Below are positions 61,802-64,000 of a stretch of 64,000 nucleotides of DNA, piece after piece. This DNA is from a virus. The notes under the pieces are model-generated. The model was not told the DNA's origin and did not search any database. It worked only from the letters and a program-made list of their open reading frames with translations. The translations under genes were made by a program, and so were the position numbers. The DNA is taken from positions 20,493 through 84,492 of IMG/VR virus record IMGVR_UViG_3300042516_003452. One strand, written 5' to 3'. How positions within the stretch are numbered: the first letter of the stretch is position 1; each line of letters begins with the position of its first letter.

Positions 61802-64000
61802 CCAGTCGTAATCAACAGGCGTTAAAACCAGGCGAAATCAACCTGGCTTACATCCCTTTGGACTGGCCTCTGACTCCGTTGGGTGCCAGGAAAGATCCGT
61901 ATGTCAGTGGATGGCAGAACAAACCATTCAGCGTTAAGGAAGTTGAAGAGGAGATCGCAACAGGTGAATGTCGTGCTATTGGACTCCTTGGTGGTCCTGT
62001 CTACAACCTGCCCTACGGATTGGTATGGGTTGATGTTGATGGCCCCAGCGTTTACAAACTTTTGGAGGAAATCTCTGGGCTTTCGCTTCAGGAAGCACTG
62101 CCGCCAACACTGACCATCCTCAGTGGGAAGATCGGTCGTGAGCGGAAACTGTATCGACTGAGCCGGGAGAAGCACAAGCATTTCGCTCGTAACAAGTACA
62201 CCTGGCACGCAGAAGAAGATAAAGAAAAACTGGAGATCCTTTGGAAGAAACACCAGGGTGTTCTCATGGGACTGCACCCTGAGACTGACGGTTATTTCAC
62301 CGCAGAAGACCAGGGTTTTGAGTGGGCAACTGAATTGCCTGAGCTGCCGGAATGGCTGCTAAATGCCATCATCAATAAGAATGTCCGCAACGGAACTCCG
62401 GCTAAGGAGTGCACCAGGATTGTTGGTCCTGGTTTCGTTGTTCAGTCGCAAATCTCGCTTGAGCGGGACATGAAACTAGCCGTCGAAGCAATGTGGGCAT
62501 TGCCCGCAGATGCTTGCGACGACTACGACATTTGGATCACGATTGGTCAGACCCTGCACAGCTTGGATGATTCCTTGCTGGATGACTGGGATAACTGGTC
62601 AATGCAATCGGAAAAATATCGGGAAGGTGAGTGTCACAGGCGTTGGCGTTCCTTCTCAAGAGATGGAGGCCGTGGTATCGGCTCCCTTATTCACATTGCG
62701 AAGGAGCATGGCTGGAATCCGCCGCCGGATAATTCCCGTGCTCTGAATGTTGATGATGAGACACTTGAGCATGTGTCACAAATACTTGCTGAATTAGAAC
62801 AGGACCTTGCCATGCCCCTTGAAGCTGTTGAAGAAGTTGCAGAGTTTGTTGCGGATCAGAATCCTTCCCGTACGCAGGGGTCAAGGCGAGGACGGAAAAC
62901 AGGAAAAGACCAGCGGACAAAAAATCCTTCATCTGGTGAGATCACCGATCTACTTCTGCAGGACTATAGGGGGAACCTGCTGTTTAGCCAGCCCCATGGC
63001 CAATTCTTTATGTATGCTAAAGAATCGGGTGGTCTCTGGTCGCCACTGACCAAGATCGAGATGCTCGGTGACATCCGCCACCGACTGCAGCGACTTGGCG
63101 ATACGTTGCCCAGTGGGTTCACCAGTAACCTCATGAACGATATCTACGGTCAGTTGCAGTCCGTACTGGCGTTTGAGGATTGGTATGACGGTAGTGATCT
63201 CCTGCTGTTTACCAATGGTGTGCTGAATGTGGATACGAAAGAGCTGCTTCCATTTAACCGGGAGCTGTTCATGCTGCAGCAGATGCCTTACGCCTACAAC
63301 CCTGCTGCTGGGTGTGAAGAAATCATCAAGTGGTTGAAGCACACGCAACACGACAGCTGGGAGCGCACCATGGTTCTGCGTGCTTGGCTACGGGCAACAC
63401 TGCTGGGGCGCTACGAAATCCAAAAGTTTGTGGAGATTGTGGGTCCAGGTAAGTCCGGTAAGTCCACTTACGCCAACTTGGCTGTAGCACTGGTAGGTAA
63501 GAGCAATACCTACTCCACGGACTTTGAGAATATGGAGAAAAACCGCTTTGAAGCAGCGGCCTACATGGGTAAAAAGCTTCTGCTGTTCCAGGATGCTGAC
63601 CGCTGGGGTGGATCGGTCTCTCGCCTGAAGGCCATCACTGGTAACGACTGGATCCGTAGTGAACGCAAGTATCAAGGCGAAGCACTGGACCCATTCCAGT
63701 ACCACGGGATGGTGATGATCACCGCCAACGAGGCAATCCAGTCCACCGACTACACCTCTGGTTTGGCCCGTCGTCGTCTCACTATTCCTTTCGACCGTCC
63801 GTTCACGGGCGGGCCGAATGAACAAAAGGAGTTGATCAAGTTCAATTCCAAAGGTGAACCGCAAGGTGTCTTCGCTCCGCTGCTGCCCGGTCTGGTGAAC
63901 TGGCTGCTGGACATGACGGAAGAAGAAATGCGTGACTACCTGATGGAGACTGCCAAGAAGGTGAAGTTCTTCCAGAAGTACGAGCGCATGCAAACCCTGC
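61798..64000 (+). CDS. Primase-helicase (Prim-Pol + PriCT-2 + D5-like SF3 helicase), 3' truncated by window
   Basis: Not in ORF track. Hand translation from ATG 61798: WPLTPL..KDP, VWVDVDG (AEP motif), DDYDIWITIGQTLH...WDNWS...RWRSF (PriCT-2), Walker A GPGKSGKST. Confidence 0.9.
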   Translation, partial: MTSRNQQALKPGEINLAYIPLDWPLTPLGARKDPYVSGWQNKPFSVKEVEEEIATGECRAIGLLGGPVYNLPYGLVWVDVDGPSVYKLLEEISGLSLQEALPPTLTILSGKIGRERKLYRLSREKHKHFARNKYTWHAEEDKEKLEILWKKHQGVLMGLHPETDGYFTAEDQGFEWATELPELPEWLLNAIINKNVRNGTPAKECTRIVGPGFVVQSQISLERDMKLAVEAMWALPADACDDYDIWITIGQTLHSLDDSLLDDWDNWSMQSEKYREGECHRRWRSFSRDGGRGIGSLIHIAKEHGWNPPPDNSRALNVDDETLEHVSQILAELEQDLAMPLEAVEEVAEFVADQNPSRTQGSRRGRKTGKDQRTKNPSSGEITDLLLQDYRGNLLFSQPHGQFFMYAKESGGLWSPLTKIEMLGDIRHRLQRLGDTLPSGFTSNLMNDIYGQLQSVLAFEDWYDGSDLLLFTNGVLNVDTKELLPFNRELFMLQQMPYAYNPAAGCEEIIKWLKHTQHDSWERTMVLRAWLRATLLGRYEIQKFVEIVGPGKSGKSTYANLAVALVGKSNTYSTDFENMEKNRFEAAAYMGKKLLLFQDADRWGGSVSRLKAITGNDWIRSERKYQGEALDPFQYHGMVMITANEAIQSTDYTSGLARRRLTIPFDRPFTGGPNEQKELIKFNSKGEPQGVFAPLLPGLVNWLLDMTEEEMRDYLMETAKKVKFFQKYERMQTL

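Noticed and set aside
63449-63466. GTAAGTCC occurrences as more copies of the internal-loop motif
   Set aside because: They encode the helicase Walker A motif (GKSGKS) and have no flanking stem.

Overview
This window is most of a dsDNA cyanophage genome, probably infecting a picocyanobacterium (Synechococcus/Cyanobium-type host inferred from hli, a DUF4278-type peptide with an NtcA box, tRNA-Leu(TAA) and ThyX). It has four blocks. (1) About 1-25.7 kb, minus strand: late/virion genes (HNH, degenerate integrase plus Xis-like HTH, two cell-wall hydrolases, major capsid, scaffold, portal, TerL, many Gly/Ala/Gln-rich internal virion proteins). (2) About 26.2-39 kb, plus strand: small early genes with many repeated structured elements between them. 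(3) About 39-52.6 kb: replication/recombination and auxiliary genes (T7-like DNA polymerase A, double-OB SSB, Gp157-like, 2OG-Fe(II) oxygenase, Dps-like). (4) About 52.6-64 kb: tRNA-Pro, an EndoVII homing endonuclease, a GDP-deoxysugar/glycosyltransferase cluster (Gmd, ColD-like, two GTs), hli, exonuclease and a primase-helicase cut off by the window end. The most notable unexplained signal is three families of covarying RNA structures. The first is six copies of a compact H-type pseudoknot, five of them 21-22 nt before start codons that lack a Shine-Dalgarno sequence, including ssb. The second is five copies of a GG-CA/GUAAGU-CC internal-loop hairpin, and the third is two tRNA-elbow-like elements. 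Other highlights are a homing endonuclease that carries a synonymously recoded copy of its target gene's 3' end, a 545-nt same-strand portal/scaffold overlap, and a DUF4278-like peptide with an NtcA box in a repressor position. All product calls come from motif recognition by eye; no database searches were run.
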